Positions 45,371-55,168 of a DNA stretch of 64,000 bases are shown piece after piece (positions within the stretch are counted from its first letter, which is position 1; each line of letters starts with the position of its first letter). The position numbers and the translations under genes were made by a program. Under the pieces are notes generated by a model. It made no database searches, was not told where the DNA came from, and was given only the letters and a program-made list of their open reading frames with translations. The DNA is taken from the NCBI GenBank assembly GCA_964449235.1, contig CAYVAX010000001.1, positions 20,814-84,813 of the forward strand. Direction: 5' to 3'. This DNA comes from an uncultured Candidatus Saccharibacteria bacterium (GTDB lineage Bacteria > Patescibacteriota > Minisyncoccia > RBG-13-40-8-A > JAUWHN01).

Positions 45371-46450
45371 GTGTTTGTAGCTAATTTAAACATGGATAAT
45401 AACAAGTTTTTAAAAAATACCCACGATCAACTTTATAAGCAGAAAATAAAAAAACCTCTCAAGAAGAGGATTATTTTGATTGTGGGCATAATATTAGCCT
45501 TAATCATTTTTGGAGGATTTTTTTATAAAGCTGGATTTACATTTAGTAAAATTATTGAAATTAAAAATATTACCTGGAATAAAATTTTTGGAGAAGAATT
45601 GCCTCCCAGTGAATATACTCCGCCCAAGGACGAGGATAGAATGAACTTTTTACTGTTAGGAATTCGCGGAATAGGAGACGATAACGGCGGAATGCTTACC
45701 GACAGTATAATGATAGTAAGTTACAAAAAAAGCACTGGGCAAGTCGCTTTAATTTCTATTCCGCGAGATCTTTATTTAAAAATGCCTGGGGAAAAGTTTT
45801 ATGAAAAAATTAACAGCGCTTATGTCTCAGGTGAGAAATTATACGGCAATGGACTGGATTACAGTAAAAAAACAATTGGTTTTATAACTGGTTTATACGT
45901 TGACCACGCAGTAGCAGTGGATTTCCAGGCTTTTGAATCTGTTATTGATACTTTGGGAGGAATAAGCATTCATTTAGATCAACCGTTTATTGAAGACAAG
46001 CAATGGTGGTGTGATGAAAATGGAGAGAATTGTAAAAAATTTGTTATTCCTGCCGGAGATCAGGTTTTGGATGGCGAAACAGCCTTATTGTACGTAAGGT
46101 CAAGATTTTCAAGTAATGATTTTGATCGAGCGCGTCGTCAACAGCAAGTAATGCTTGCAGTTAAAGATAAGTTGCTTTCTTTAGATGCATTGACTAATCC
46201 TAAAATAATCAATAACTTGTTTAATATCGTTGCGGACAATGTTAAAATTGATACTATGCCTTGGAAGTTTCCGAGTTTAATTAATCTCGCTGCAAAAGCT
46301 GATGCTGAAAATATTATTAGAAAAGTTTTTGACACCTCAGAAGACGGCCTTCTCGAAGAAACTCAAAAAGATGGAATTTATGTTCTCATTCCCAAGCAGG
46401 GAAATTTCAGCGAAATCCGAAAAACCTGCCAGCAGATTTTTGAATTATGA
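45371..46450 (+). CDS. LytR-CpsA-Psr (LCP) family cell-envelope phosphotransferase (start may be the ATG at 45392 rather than the GTG at 45371)
   Basis: N-terminal TM helix; LCP core ...NFLLLGIRGIGDDNGGMLTDSIMIVSY...ALISIPRDLY... Confidence 0.75.
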   Translation: MFVANLNMDNNKFLKNTHDQLYKQKIKKPLKKRIILIVGIILALIIFGGFFYKAGFTFSKIIEIKNITWNKIFGEELPPSEYTPPKDEDRMNFLLLGIRGIGDDNGGMLTDSIMIVSYKKSTGQVALISIPRDLYLKMPGEKFYEKINSAYVSGEKLYGNGLDYSKKTIGFITGLYVDHAVAVDFQAFESVIDTLGGISIHLDQPFIEDKQWWCDENGENCKKFVIPAGDQVLDGETALLYVRSRFSSNDFDRARRQQQVMLAVKDKLLSLDALTNPKIINNLFNIVADNVKIDTMPWKFPSLINLAAKADAENIIRKVFDTSEDGLLEETQKDGIYVLIPKQGNFSEIRKTCQQIFEL

Positions 46451-47253
46451 GTCTATCAATTATTGTTACCCATCATCATACTCCAGAATTGCTAGATCTT
46501 TGTTTGAAATCAATTCAGAATACTTTAAAAAGTATTGATTACGAAATAGTTGTGGTTGATAGTGAAACTAGTTGTAAAACTAAAGAGTTAATTCGGGAGA
46601 AATATCCTCACGCCCAACTTATTACATTCAAAAACAATATCGGCTACGCTAAAATAGTAAACGCAGGATTGAAAAAAATAAAAGGAAACTTTGTTTTAAT
46701 TTTAAATGCTGATATTATTATTCTTGAAGGTGCTGTTCAAAAAATGTTAAAATATATTCAAGAGCGTCCTAGTGTTGGAATAGTAGCTCCGCAACTAATA
46801 GATTTTACCAACAATATTCAAGATTCTTGTTTTGCCAATCCTAGCCTGAAAGCAATAATTGCTCGCAGAACCTTTTTTAAAAAAACCAAACGGGGAGCAA
46901 AAGCAATTAATAAGTTTATTATCCAGGGCAAGAAAATTAAAACGCCAACAGAAGTAGACTGGGTTCAGGGGTCTGTTATGCTAATTAGCAAACAAGCAAT
47001 CAGAAAAGTGGGTTTTCTAGATGAACGTTTTTTTATGTATTTTGAGGATGCTGATTGGTGTAGAAGGTTTTGGCAAAAAGGATATAAGGTTATTTATTTG
47101 CCCACTGCTCAAATGGTTCACTATTACCATCGCAGCAGTAAAAAATGGGGAGGATTTATAGATATTCTTTTAAATAAATATACTCGAGTTCATGTCATAA
47201 GTGCATTAAAATATTTTTGGAAACATCGAAAATCAAAGAAAAATGAATCCTAA
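46447..47253 (+). CDS. Family 2 glycosyltransferase
   Basis: MSLSIIVTHHHTPELLDLCLKSI...VVDSETS... (DxD-type GT-A N-terminus); 268 aa. Confidence 0.65.
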   Translation: MSLSIIVTHHHTPELLDLCLKSIQNTLKSIDYEIVVVDSETSCKTKELIREKYPHAQLITFKNNIGYAKIVNAGLKKIKGNFVLILNADIIILEGAVQKMLKYIQERPSVGIVAPQLIDFTNNIQDSCFANPSLKAIIARRTFFKKTKRGAKAINKFIIQGKKIKTPTEVDWVQGSVMLISKQAIRKVGFLDERFFMYFEDADWCRRFWQKGYKVIYLPTAQMVHYYHRSSKKWGGFIDILLNKYTRVHVISALKYFWKHRKSKKNES

Positions 47254-48478
47254 AACAAAAAAATACATTTTAATACCGGCTATAATCATCCTGGTCGCTG
47301 TAATTTTCAGCGGAGGCTTTTATTTGGGAAAGAAGTCAATACCAAAACCGACCCCCTCTGATACTATAATCATCAATCGAGAACTGGGGCAACCAGAGTC
47401 AGTTGATTTTAGTCTTTTCTGGCAGGCTCTAAAAAGATTAGAAGAAAAGTTTGTTGATCGGGAAAAGATTGACTATCAAGAAATTGTTTATGGGGCAATT
47501 TCCGGAATGGCTAATTCTTTAGATGACCCCTATACTGTTTTTATGAAGCCGAAAAAAACAGATGAGTTTACTGAGGCTGTAGAAACCGGAGGAAGTTTTG
47601 AGGGCGTAGGAATGGAAATAGGAATTAAAGGCGGAATTCTTACTGTAATTGCCCCTTTAGAGGGCACACCTGCATATAAAGCAGGAATTAAAGCTAAAGA
47701 TAAAATCCTTAAAATCGACAATGTTTCTACAGAAGATTTGCTTCTAGAAGAAGCAGTGAATTTAATCCGTGGAGAAAGGGGAACCGAGGTTGTTTTAACT
47801 GTTTCTCGAAAAGGTTTTGATGAGCCTAAAGAAATACCTATTGTCAGAGATAGAATTCAAATCCCAATAGCAAAATGGGAGTTGAAATCTGGACAAAACA
47901 AACAATCAAATATTGCATACATTAAAATTTATCATTTTACTGGAAATTTGCCTAAAAAGTTTCAAGAAATTGCTTCTGAAATCTTAAAAGTAAATATTGA
48001 CGGCTTTATTTTGGACTTACGAAATAATCCTGGTGGATATCTTGAAACAGCAGTAGAAATATCTAGTTGGTTTATTCCCAAGGGAGAAGTAGTAGTTATT
48101 GAAGATTGGGGAGAAAATAAAGATCAAGAAAAACACAGAAGTAAGGGTTATAAAAAATTTCAAGATATTCCGATAGTAGTTTTAATCAATGGGGGATCAG
48201 CTTCTGCCTCTGAAATTGTGGCTGGGGCATTAAAAGATATTCGAGGAATAGAGCTGGTAGGAGAAAAAACTTTTGGAAAGGGGTCCATACAGAACCTGGA
48301 AACATTTCGAGACGGCTCTTCCATAAAAATAACTATAGCAAAGTGGCTTACTCCTTCAGGTATATCAATATCCGAAGAAGGTTTAACGCCAGATATAGAA
48401 ATAGAGTTAACTGAAGAAGATTTTAATGCTGATAGAGACCCCCAACTAGATAAAGCAATAGAATTGTTAAGTAATTAA
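47243..48478 (+). CDS. Carboxyl-terminal processing protease (S41, CtpA-like) with PDZ domain
   Basis: N-terminal TM helix; PDZ ...GVGMEIGIKGGILTVIAPLEGTPAYKAGIKAKDKILKID...; S41 ...LDLRNNPGGYL..., ...INGGSASASEIVAGAL..., ...GEKTFGKG. Confidence 0.8.
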   Translation: MNPKTKKYILIPAIIILVAVIFSGGFYLGKKSIPKPTPSDTIIINRELGQPESVDFSLFWQALKRLEEKFVDREKIDYQEIVYGAISGMANSLDDPYTVFMKPKKTDEFTEAVETGGSFEGVGMEIGIKGGILTVIAPLEGTPAYKAGIKAKDKILKIDNVSTEDLLLEEAVNLIRGERGTEVVLTVSRKGFDEPKEIPIVRDRIQIPIAKWELKSGQNKQSNIAYIKIYHFTGNLPKKFQEIASEILKVNIDGFILDLRNNPGGYLETAVEISSWFIPKGEVVVIEDWGENKDQEKHRSKGYKKFQDIPIVVLINGGSASASEIVAGALKDIRGIELVGEKTFGKGSIQNLETFRDGSSIKITIAKWLTPSGISISEEGLTPDIEIELTEEDFNADRDPQLDKAIELLSN

Positions 48479-48505
48479 TTACTATGCTATAATAAAACTA
48501 GAATC

Positions 48506-48964
48506 ATGAGAATAATCCTTCTTAAAGATGTAGAAAAATTAGGTAAAAAGGGTGAAGCAAAGGAAGTAGCTGGCGGTTACGCTAGAAATTTTTTAATTCC
48601 CAAGAAATTAGCAAAACCTGCAACTAAAAAAGCCTTGGAAAAATTAGAAAGAGAGAGGCAAGTAGCTGCCCAAAAAGCAGAAAAAGAGCTTAAGCAAATT
48701 CAAGAGCAAGTTTCTAAAATTGACAGGCAGGAAATAGAAATCCCTGTTAAGATCAAAAAAAATGAAGAAATCTATGGATCGATTACTCCTCGTAAAATTA
48801 GTCAGGCTTTAAAGAAAAAAGGATTTAAAGTTAAAAAACATCAAATAAAATTGAAGGAGTCTATTAAAGAATTAGGGGAATATCCAGTTACTGTTAGTTT
48901 TGCTCATGGACTGGAGGCAGAAATAAAAGTAAATATAACTGAAGAACAAAAAGAGAAAAAATGA
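48506..48964 (+). CDS. rplI: 50S ribosomal protein L9
   Basis: MRIILLKDVEKLGKKGEAKEVAGGYARNFLIPKKLA... 152 aa. Confidence 0.85.
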   Translation: MRIILLKDVEKLGKKGEAKEVAGGYARNFLIPKKLAKPATKKALEKLERERQVAAQKAEKELKQIQEQVSKIDRQEIEIPVKIKKNEEIYGSITPRKISQALKKKGFKVKKHQIKLKESIKELGEYPVTVSFAHGLEAEIKVNITEEQKEKK

Positions 48965-50598
48965 GTAAATATATTTTTGTGGTTGGCGGTGTTATGTCCG
49001 GAATAGGAAAGGGGATTGCCACCTCTTCTATTGGTGCAATCCTTCAGAGCAAAGGATTCAATGTCACTGCTATTAAAATTGATCCTTACATAAACGTTGA
49101 CGCTGGAACAATGAACCCGATTGAGCATGGTGAGGTTTTTGTGACTGATGACGGCGTGGAATGCGATCAAGATATAGGAAATTATGAACGATTTTTAAAC
49201 AAAGAAATTTATTCTGATAATTACATGACCACCGGTAGAGTTTATGAGGCAGTTATTAAACGAGAGCGAAATTTAGAATACGAGGGACGATGTGTAGAGG
49301 TAGTTCCACACATTCCAGATGAAGTTATCAGGAGAATCCAAAAAGTTGCCAAAAATTCCAAGGCAGACTTTGTGCTCATAGAAGTCGGAGGCACAATCGG
49401 AGAGTATCAGAACCTTTTATTTTTAGAAGCAGCCCGCATGATGCACTTAAGACATCCCAAGGATGTCTTATTTGTTTTGGTAAGCTATTTACCAGTCCCT
49501 AAAATAATTGGAGAAATGAAAACTAAGCCCACTCAATATGCTGTACGAACCTTAAACTCAGCTGGGATACAGCCAGACTTTATCATTGCCCGCAGCGAGG
49601 TACCGCTAGATAAACCTAGAAAAAGGAAAATTTCTGTGTTTTGCAATATCAATAAAGAAGATGTTATTTCTGCTCCAGACATTAAGTCGATTTATGAAGT
49701 GCCGATCAATTTTGAAAAAGACGATCTAGGGCAAAGAATTTTAAGCAAGGTTAATTTACGATCTAGAAAACAAGGAAAAGGGTTAAATAAATGGTCTCGT
49801 TTATTGAAAAATATTCACAATCCTCGAGAAAAAGTTAATATTGGAATTATTGGTAAATATTTTGATACTGGTGATTTTACGTTATCTGATTCTTATATCT
49901 CCGTGATCGAAGCTGTGAAACATGCCTGCTGGAAATTTCATAAAGAACCAGAAATCCATTGGCTAAGTTCTGAAAAATACGAAAAAGATAAAAACAATCT
50001 CAAAGAATTAAATAAGATGGATGGGATTATTATCCCCGGCGGTTTCGGAAGCAGGGGAGTAGAGGGTAAGATTAAGGCCATAGAATTTGCTCGAAAGAAA
50101 AAAATTCCTTTTTTGGGATTATGCTACGGAATGCAATTAGCAGTAGTGGAATTTGCTAGAAATATTTGCGGACTTAAAAACGCTAATACTACCGAAATCA
50201 ACAAAAATACCGAGTTCCCAATCATTGACGTCCTGCCGGAGCAGAAAGGAAATATTAGAAAAAAGAATTTCGGAGCTTCAATGAGGTTGGGAGCTTATTC
50301 TTGTCAATTAGCTAAAGGAACTAAAAGTCACAAGGCTTACAGTCAAGATAACACTTCCGAGCGCCATCGCCACCGCTATGAACTAAACAATAAATTTAGA
50401 AAAACTTTAGAAGAAAACGGAATGTCAGTTGCTGGAATTAATCCCGAACGAAATTTAGTGGAAATAATAGAATTAAAAAAGCACCCCTTCTTTGTGGGTA
50501 CTCAATTTCATCCAGAATTAAAATCTCGACCTCTAAATCCTCATCCTTTATTTAAAGAATTTATTAAATCCTGCATCAGTTCTTCAAAACAACATTAA
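48961..50598 (+). CDS. pyrG: CTP synthase
   Basis: [64 protein letters not shown]...; C-terminal glutamine amidotransferase (...[10 protein letters not shown]...FHPE). Confidence 0.9.
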   Translation: MSKYIFVVGGVMSGIGKGIATSSIGAILQSKGFNVTAIKIDPYINVDAGTMNPIEHGEVFVTDDGVECDQDIGNYERFLNKEIYSDNYMTTGRVYEAVIKRERNLEYEGRCVEVVPHIPDEVIRRIQKVAKNSKADFVLIEVGGTIGEYQNLLFLEAARMMHLRHPKDVLFVLVSYLPVPKIIGEMKTKPTQYAVRTLNSAGIQPDFIIARSEVPLDKPRKRKISVFCNINKEDVISAPDIKSIYEVPINFEKDDLGQRILSKVNLRSRKQGKGLNKWSRLLKNIHNPREKVNIGIIGKYFDTGDFTLSDSYISVIEAVKHACWKFHKEPEIHWLSSEKYEKDKNNLKELNKMDGIIIPGGFGSRGVEGKIKAIEFARKKKIPFLGLCYGMQLAVVEFARNICGLKNANTTEINKNTEFPIIDVLPEQKGNIRKKNFGASMRLGAYSCQLAKGTKSHKAYSQDNTSERHRHRYELNNKFRKTLEENGMSVAGINPERNLVEIIELKKHPFFVGTQFHPELKSRPLNPHPLFKEFIKSCISSSKQH

Positions 50599-50857
50599 CC
50601 ATTTTGGTTTTCCTTGAATTCCCGTCAAATTTCTTCTTGCTCACAGCTTGAAACTGAACAACCCCCTTAGCAGTAGCATACAGGGTATCATCATTTCCCC
50701 GGCGAACATTTTTGCCGGGGATAAATTTTAATCCTCGTTGGCGAATAATAACTCCGCCGGGTTTTACTTTTTGCCCGGCAAATAACTTTACCCCCAGGTA
50801 TTTGGGGCGAGAATCACGACCTAATTTAGTTGAACCAGCGGATTTTGTTTTTGCCAT
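50576..50857 (-). CDS. rpmA: 50S ribosomal protein L27
   Basis: [51 protein letters not shown]... 93 aa. The 3' end overlaps the pyrG 3' end (convergent). Confidence 0.85.
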   Translation of the reverse strand: MAKTKSAGSTKLGRDSRPKYLGVKLFAGQKVKPGGVIIRQRGLKFIPGKNVRRGNDDTLYATAKGVVQFQAVSKKKFDGNSRKTKMVNVVLKN

Positions 50858-50900
50858 ACGACTTATATTCTATTATAAATTGAAAAATTTATCAAGGGCT

Positions 50901-52073
50901 TTAACCTTCTTTTTTGATTTTTAATGTTTTATATTCTTTATTTTTCTTTTTGGCTTTTTCAATTTGTCTGCGAATAGAGCGGGGGAGAGTTTTAAGTATA
51001 TTTTTAAGCTTTTTATCGTCAACCGTTAACACTTCTTCCCATCTTCCTATGGGTTCTAAAATTTTCTTTATTTTACGATCTTCGTACTTAAAACGAGCCT
51101 GAGACGAGCGGGTAATATATCCAAAATCAGAAAAAATACGTTCTATATTTTTTTTATCAAGATACTGATTAATTAATTCTTTCAATTCTCCGATACGATT
51201 GCGGTTTTTTTTATTCTGCTCTTTTAACTCAAAAAATTCTTTAGTGATTTCTTCAATTTTTTTATCATCGGTAGTTTCCTCTTTTTCAAATTTATGCTTC
51301 CACATCGGACAAATATTCTTATATCCGCACCAATCACAAAGAACAGAAGGGCGGGGCTTAAATTCCTTATTCTTGATTTCAGCTAATCTCTCCCAGATTT
51401 CTTGCTCAACCTCTTTTAGTTGTTGCTTGTTTCTGGTGGTACTGATTGCTTCCTGGTGTTTTAAATAATAGAAAGTTAATTTAATATTCTCCAGCCCTCG
51501 TTCAGTAAGCTTTGGCCAACGATTAATTAATCCCAAACAGTAAAGAGAGAGTTGAAGACTGTTGTCAGCAGTTTGCTGTGAAGGAAGTCGTTTTGCAGTT
51601 TTATAATCAATAATCTCTATGCCGTGTTTTGTTTTGTCAATCCTGTCAATAATTCCCCTCAAAACACATTGCGAGGGAATTGATTTTGTCTGCGATGGAT
51701 TTTTCAGAGTTACTGTAAAATTAACCTCTGTGTCAATTACAGTAAATTTACCTTTATTTTTTAAATAGTATTGGTTATAATAATTCTTTAGGATATTAAC
51801 TGCTTCTGAAAAATATACTAAATCTTCTTGTTCGTCATTGAAAGATTCACTTTCCCAAATATCTTTCAAATAATTAAGCAACTCATCAAGGGTTGGGGGA
51901 GCAGGTTGCTGAGAATGAAAATATTGTAATGCTTTGTGAAGCTTACTGCCAAAGATTGCCTCTTTAGACTTTGGAGTCTTTATTTTGTCTATATGTCGAA
52001 ACTTATATTTGAGCGGGCATTGACGAAAAGTATCGAGTGCAGAATATGATGTTTTTACTTGACTATCTTTCAT
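50901..52073 (-). CDS. PD-(D/E)XK superfamily nuclease, RecB/Cas4-like, with C-terminal Cys cluster and a K/E-rich coiled-coil tail
   Basis: ...SYSALDTFRQCPLKYKF... (N-terminal Cys), ...GIIDRIDKTKHGIEIIDYKTAKR... (D...E.K), ...QLSLY..., ...CDWCGYKNIC... (3 Cys). The start is taken at the internal ATG (MKDSQ...); the track ORF extends to 52169. Confidence 0.6.
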   Translation of the reverse strand: MKDSQVKTSYSALDTFRQCPLKYKFRHIDKIKTPKSKEAIFGSKLHKALQYFHSQQPAPPTLDELLNYLKDIWESESFNDEQEDLVYFSEAVNILKNYYNQYYLKNKGKFTVIDTEVNFTVTLKNPSQTKSIPSQCVLRGIIDRIDKTKHGIEIIDYKTAKRLPSQQTADNSLQLSLYCLGLINRWPKLTERGLENIKLTFYYLKHQEAISTTRNKQQLKEVEQEIWERLAEIKNKEFKPRPSVLCDWCGYKNICPMWKHKFEKEETTDDKKIEEITKEFFELKEQNKKNRNRIGELKELINQYLDKKNIERIFSDFGYITRSSQARFKYEDRKIKKILEPIGRWEEVLTVDDKKLKNILKTLPRSIRRQIEKAKKKNKEYKTLKIKKEG

Positions 52074-52180
52074 GTTTATGTTAGAATAAAAACACAAGAA
52101 AAGAAATAAATTTTTGTTATATTTTACTCTACTATAACAAAAATTATGAACTTTTACAATTTTAAACAAAGGAGGAAAAA

Positions 52181-53200
52181 ATGAGTAAAAAAATTCTTAT
52201 TCTTAGTTTAGTAGCCTTTTTGGCTGTATCCTGTAAGTTTGATATAGTTGGTCCTTCGAAGATTACCGAAGACTCCACCGCTTCAGTTTTGGCAAATTGG
52301 GATCCATATATCGGAGTACATGCATTCAATACTGCGATCCAGAAACCTCATTTAGAAAAGCTGATTCAAGCTGGACAAATGAGCGGAGCTCGTCTAGATA
52401 TAGACAGTCCAGAATCTCAAGAGCTAAGTAGATGGTTTTCAAGCAGGGGACTTGAAGTATTGGGAATTTTTCCCAACAAATATCTCAGAGATCCTAATGT
52501 ATGTCAGATTTTTAGCAGCAAGGTAAGCCTCAACGGAAATATTAACTATTGGGAAATCGGAAATGAAGTGAGCGGTTTTATCAACATGAACCCAGAAGAA
52601 TACATGAAAATTTTTAAAAAGGTGTTCTATTATGCTAAATCCCATCATCCGAATATTACTGTCATAAATCAGCCGCCTCCTGGTAATGGAGGTGGAGCAG
52701 ATAACTTTAGAAGAATGATCGATGCTGGACTTGATGATCTCTGCAGAGACGGACTTGAAATTGTTAGCATCCATTTTTACTCTGAAAGTAGCACTCGAAT
52801 TCATGAATTCAAGCAGCAGATAAGTCGATTACCTATTAATACTAGAATCTGGATTACAGAAGCTAATCATCTGCCTGGAGATTGGTCAAAACATATTGAA
52901 TATGTCAATAAGGTCTATCCTCAGCTCAGAAATTCTTTAAGAGCTGAACGTATTTACTGGTACGTATTTTCGGCAAGAAGTAGTGAGTTTAGCCTTGTCA
53001 AAGGACTTGCAGACGGTTTAGCAGCAGAATATAGTCCGCTAATGAACATTCTCGTAGGAGAAACCAGCACTAGCACTATCAGTAACACCGATGATTATAA
53101 CTACACAACCCTTGAAGATCCGGAAAGTATTCCAACACATCACAGGAGAACAAAAACAACCAAAGAGGAAAGAGTCAACAAATTAAGGAGGAAAAAGTGA
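52181..53200 (+). CDS. Lipoprotein with a clan GH-A-like (TIM-barrel glycoside hydrolase) catalytic core
   Basis: Lipobox ...LAVSC. Acid/base-like ...NYWEIGNEV... and nucleophile-like ...RIWITEANH... about 100 residues apart. AGGAGG SD upstream. Confidence 0.45.
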   Translation: MSKKILILSLVAFLAVSCKFDIVGPSKITEDSTASVLANWDPYIGVHAFNTAIQKPHLEKLIQAGQMSGARLDIDSPESQELSRWFSSRGLEVLGIFPNKYLRDPNVCQIFSSKVSLNGNINYWEIGNEVSGFINMNPEEYMKIFKKVFYYAKSHHPNITVINQPPPGNGGGADNFRRMIDAGLDDLCRDGLEIVSIHFYSESSTRIHEFKQQISRLPINTRIWITEANHLPGDWSKHIEYVNKVYPQLRNSLRAERIYWYVFSARSSEFSLVKGLADGLAAEYSPLMNILVGETSTSTISNTDDYNYTTLEDPESIPTHHRRTKTTKEERVNKLRRKK

Positions 53201-53844
53201 GGATACTTAGAATTAAAACATTTCTCATTTTATTTGTAGCGCTTACTATTACAGTTAATGCTGAAACTACGATTAAAACTGGATTATCTTTTAACTTCGG
53301 ACAAGTTGAAGATTATAAATTTAACATTAACAGCGTAGAACTAGAAGTAGAACAGTCGATCTATAAAGGATTTGGTTTGGGGATTGGGATCAGAAAAGAT
53401 ATAGACTGGCTTCATAGCGGCATATATCTCAGGCTGTATCCTAGCTATCGAATACAAATTTCTGATAATTTCTCTCTACCAGTAGCAGCCGGAGTAGAAT
53501 ATGGTATGCCTGCTAGTAAATACAACAATTACAGCACAGAATATGATGGCAATAAACTGATTTCTCATAAGTGGATATACATCATTCAGAACGCGTCCTT
53601 TCCTGATAAACTTAAAGAAGGTAATACTGGCACCATTTACCCATTCATTTCTTTGGCCGCCAGTTATCAGTTAACAAAAAGATTATTTATGGAAGTGGGG
53701 GTTCGAGCTCAGTTTATTAAATTTCGAGTAGAAAGTTGCAAATTCCACCCTTCAATAGAAGTTGATGAAAGTAGCAAATGGAGTCCAATTGGGACGATTA
53801 CAATCAAAATCGGCTACAAATTTTTCAAAAAAAATGACGCTTGA
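53197..53844 (+). CDS. Secreted beta-strand-rich hypothetical protein (signal peptide ...TITVNAET)
   Basis: 215 aa. Alternating hydrophobic/polar residues, aromatic-rich; C-terminus ...IGYKFFKKNDA. Confidence 0.4.
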   Translation: MRILRIKTFLILFVALTITVNAETTIKTGLSFNFGQVEDYKFNINSVELEVEQSIYKGFGLGIGIRKDIDWLHSGIYLRLYPSYRIQISDNFSLPVAAGVEYGMPASKYNNYSTEYDGNKLISHKWIYIIQNASFPDKLKEGNTGTIYPFISLAASYQLTKRLFMEVGVRAQFIKFRVESCKFHPSIEVDESSKWSPIGTITIKIGYKFFKKNDA

Positions 53845-53897
53845 GTCAATCAAGCGTCATTTTCTTATGGGCTCAACTTTTTACCGCTCATTCTTGT

Positions 53898-54842
53898 TTA
53901 TTCTTTTAACGGATGATATTTTTTATGGATTTTGTGAGCAAAGCGATCTGAGCCATGAACATAACGAGTGGTTGTATCCAAAGACTCATGACCTAACAAT
54001 ACCTGTATTGCGGCTGGATTAGCGCCTGCCTCTGCTAAATAAGTAGCAAATCCATGGCGAATTGAATGTGCAGAAAGCGGAATATTAATACCCAACATTT
54101 CCCTGTATTGTTTTATTTTTCTTTGTAAATAACTCGGGTCTAATTTTTTGTTTTTTTCCTTGGTCCTACTACCAGAATAGGGGATAAAGGCAAATGAGGA
54201 ATCATCTATTCTTTGTTCTAAATAATTATTTAGATGTTTTTGTGCTCGCGGAGTTAGATAAACAAACCTTTCTTTTTTTCCTTTCCCTTGAATAAAAATT
54301 CTGCCCTGCTTATCAATTTGGTTTAATTTAAAATTTAATAGTTCAGAAATTCTCATTCCGGTGGAAAAAAGAACTTCTAACATCGCTCTATTTCTTAAAG
54401 CAATTAATTTATTCTTTTCAAATCTAGTAGGTGATTCTATTATTTTTTTAATTTCCTCAAATTCTGATACTCTGGGATGTTTTTTTTCGGTCTTAATTAA
54501 TTTTATTGCCTCAGCCGACAAAGGAGATTTATAGTCCATATCAATTAAATATTTGACATATGAACGAAGAACCGAAAGCATTCTATTAATAGAGTAACTG
54601 CTTAATTTCTTAGTTCCTGCTTGGTTTTTAGGAGTTTTTCTATCAATCGAAGTTAGATATGCTTTATAGTTAAGAATTGTTTTTTTATCAATATTTTCAA
54701 ATTCGATTCCTTCTTCATCTAGAAAATCTTCGAACACCTTTAAATCTCTTTCGTAATTATAAAGAGTTTCATCAGATAAATTATTTGTTTTAAGGCTTAG
54801 AAGAAAGTCGTCTAAATAAGGGAGAACAATTTTTTTTTCCAT
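53898..54842 (-). CDS. Tyrosine site-specific recombinase (XerC/XerD / phage integrase family)
   Basis: C-terminal catalytic ...HSIRHGFATYLAEAGANPAAIQVLLGHESLDTTTRYVH... (R..H.R..Y pattern); N-terminal SAM-like core-binding domain; 314 aa. Confidence 0.8.
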   Translation of the reverse strand: MEKKIVLPYLDDFLLSLKTNNLSDETLYNYERDLKVFEDFLDEEGIEFENIDKKTILNYKAYLTSIDRKTPKNQAGTKKLSSYSINRMLSVLRSYVKYLIDMDYKSPLSAEAIKLIKTEKKHPRVSEFEEIKKIIESPTRFEKNKLIALRNRAMLEVLFSTGMRISELLNFKLNQIDKQGRIFIQGKGKKERFVYLTPRAQKHLNNYLEQRIDDSSFAFIPYSGSRTKEKNKKLDPSYLQRKIKQYREMLGINIPLSAHSIRHGFATYLAEAGANPAAIQVLLGHESLDTTTRYVHGSDRFAHKIHKKYHPLKE

Positions 54843-55168
54843 AAGCTAAGTTATGTTATTAGTTCTATTATGTATTCTTCTGATAGTTTTAGTAGGGTAG
54901 TTACTCTTTTTTTGATAACTTAAAAAGTCTAATATATACTGAGATAAAAATTTTTGATTTATGCAGTGGTTTAGTTTTTTAGGATAATGTTTAATCTAGT
55001 TTTAATTTATTTAAAGATTAGAAGGGGAGTGGTACTAAATTTATTTACGTAATAATTTGTATTCATTGTTCAGTGCAAGGGTTATTATACTGCATTATCT
55101 ATATCTTTATAATAACTGACCTCTAAGCGGTGTCAACACTCCCCTTGTGGATAAATGTCTTACAAAAA

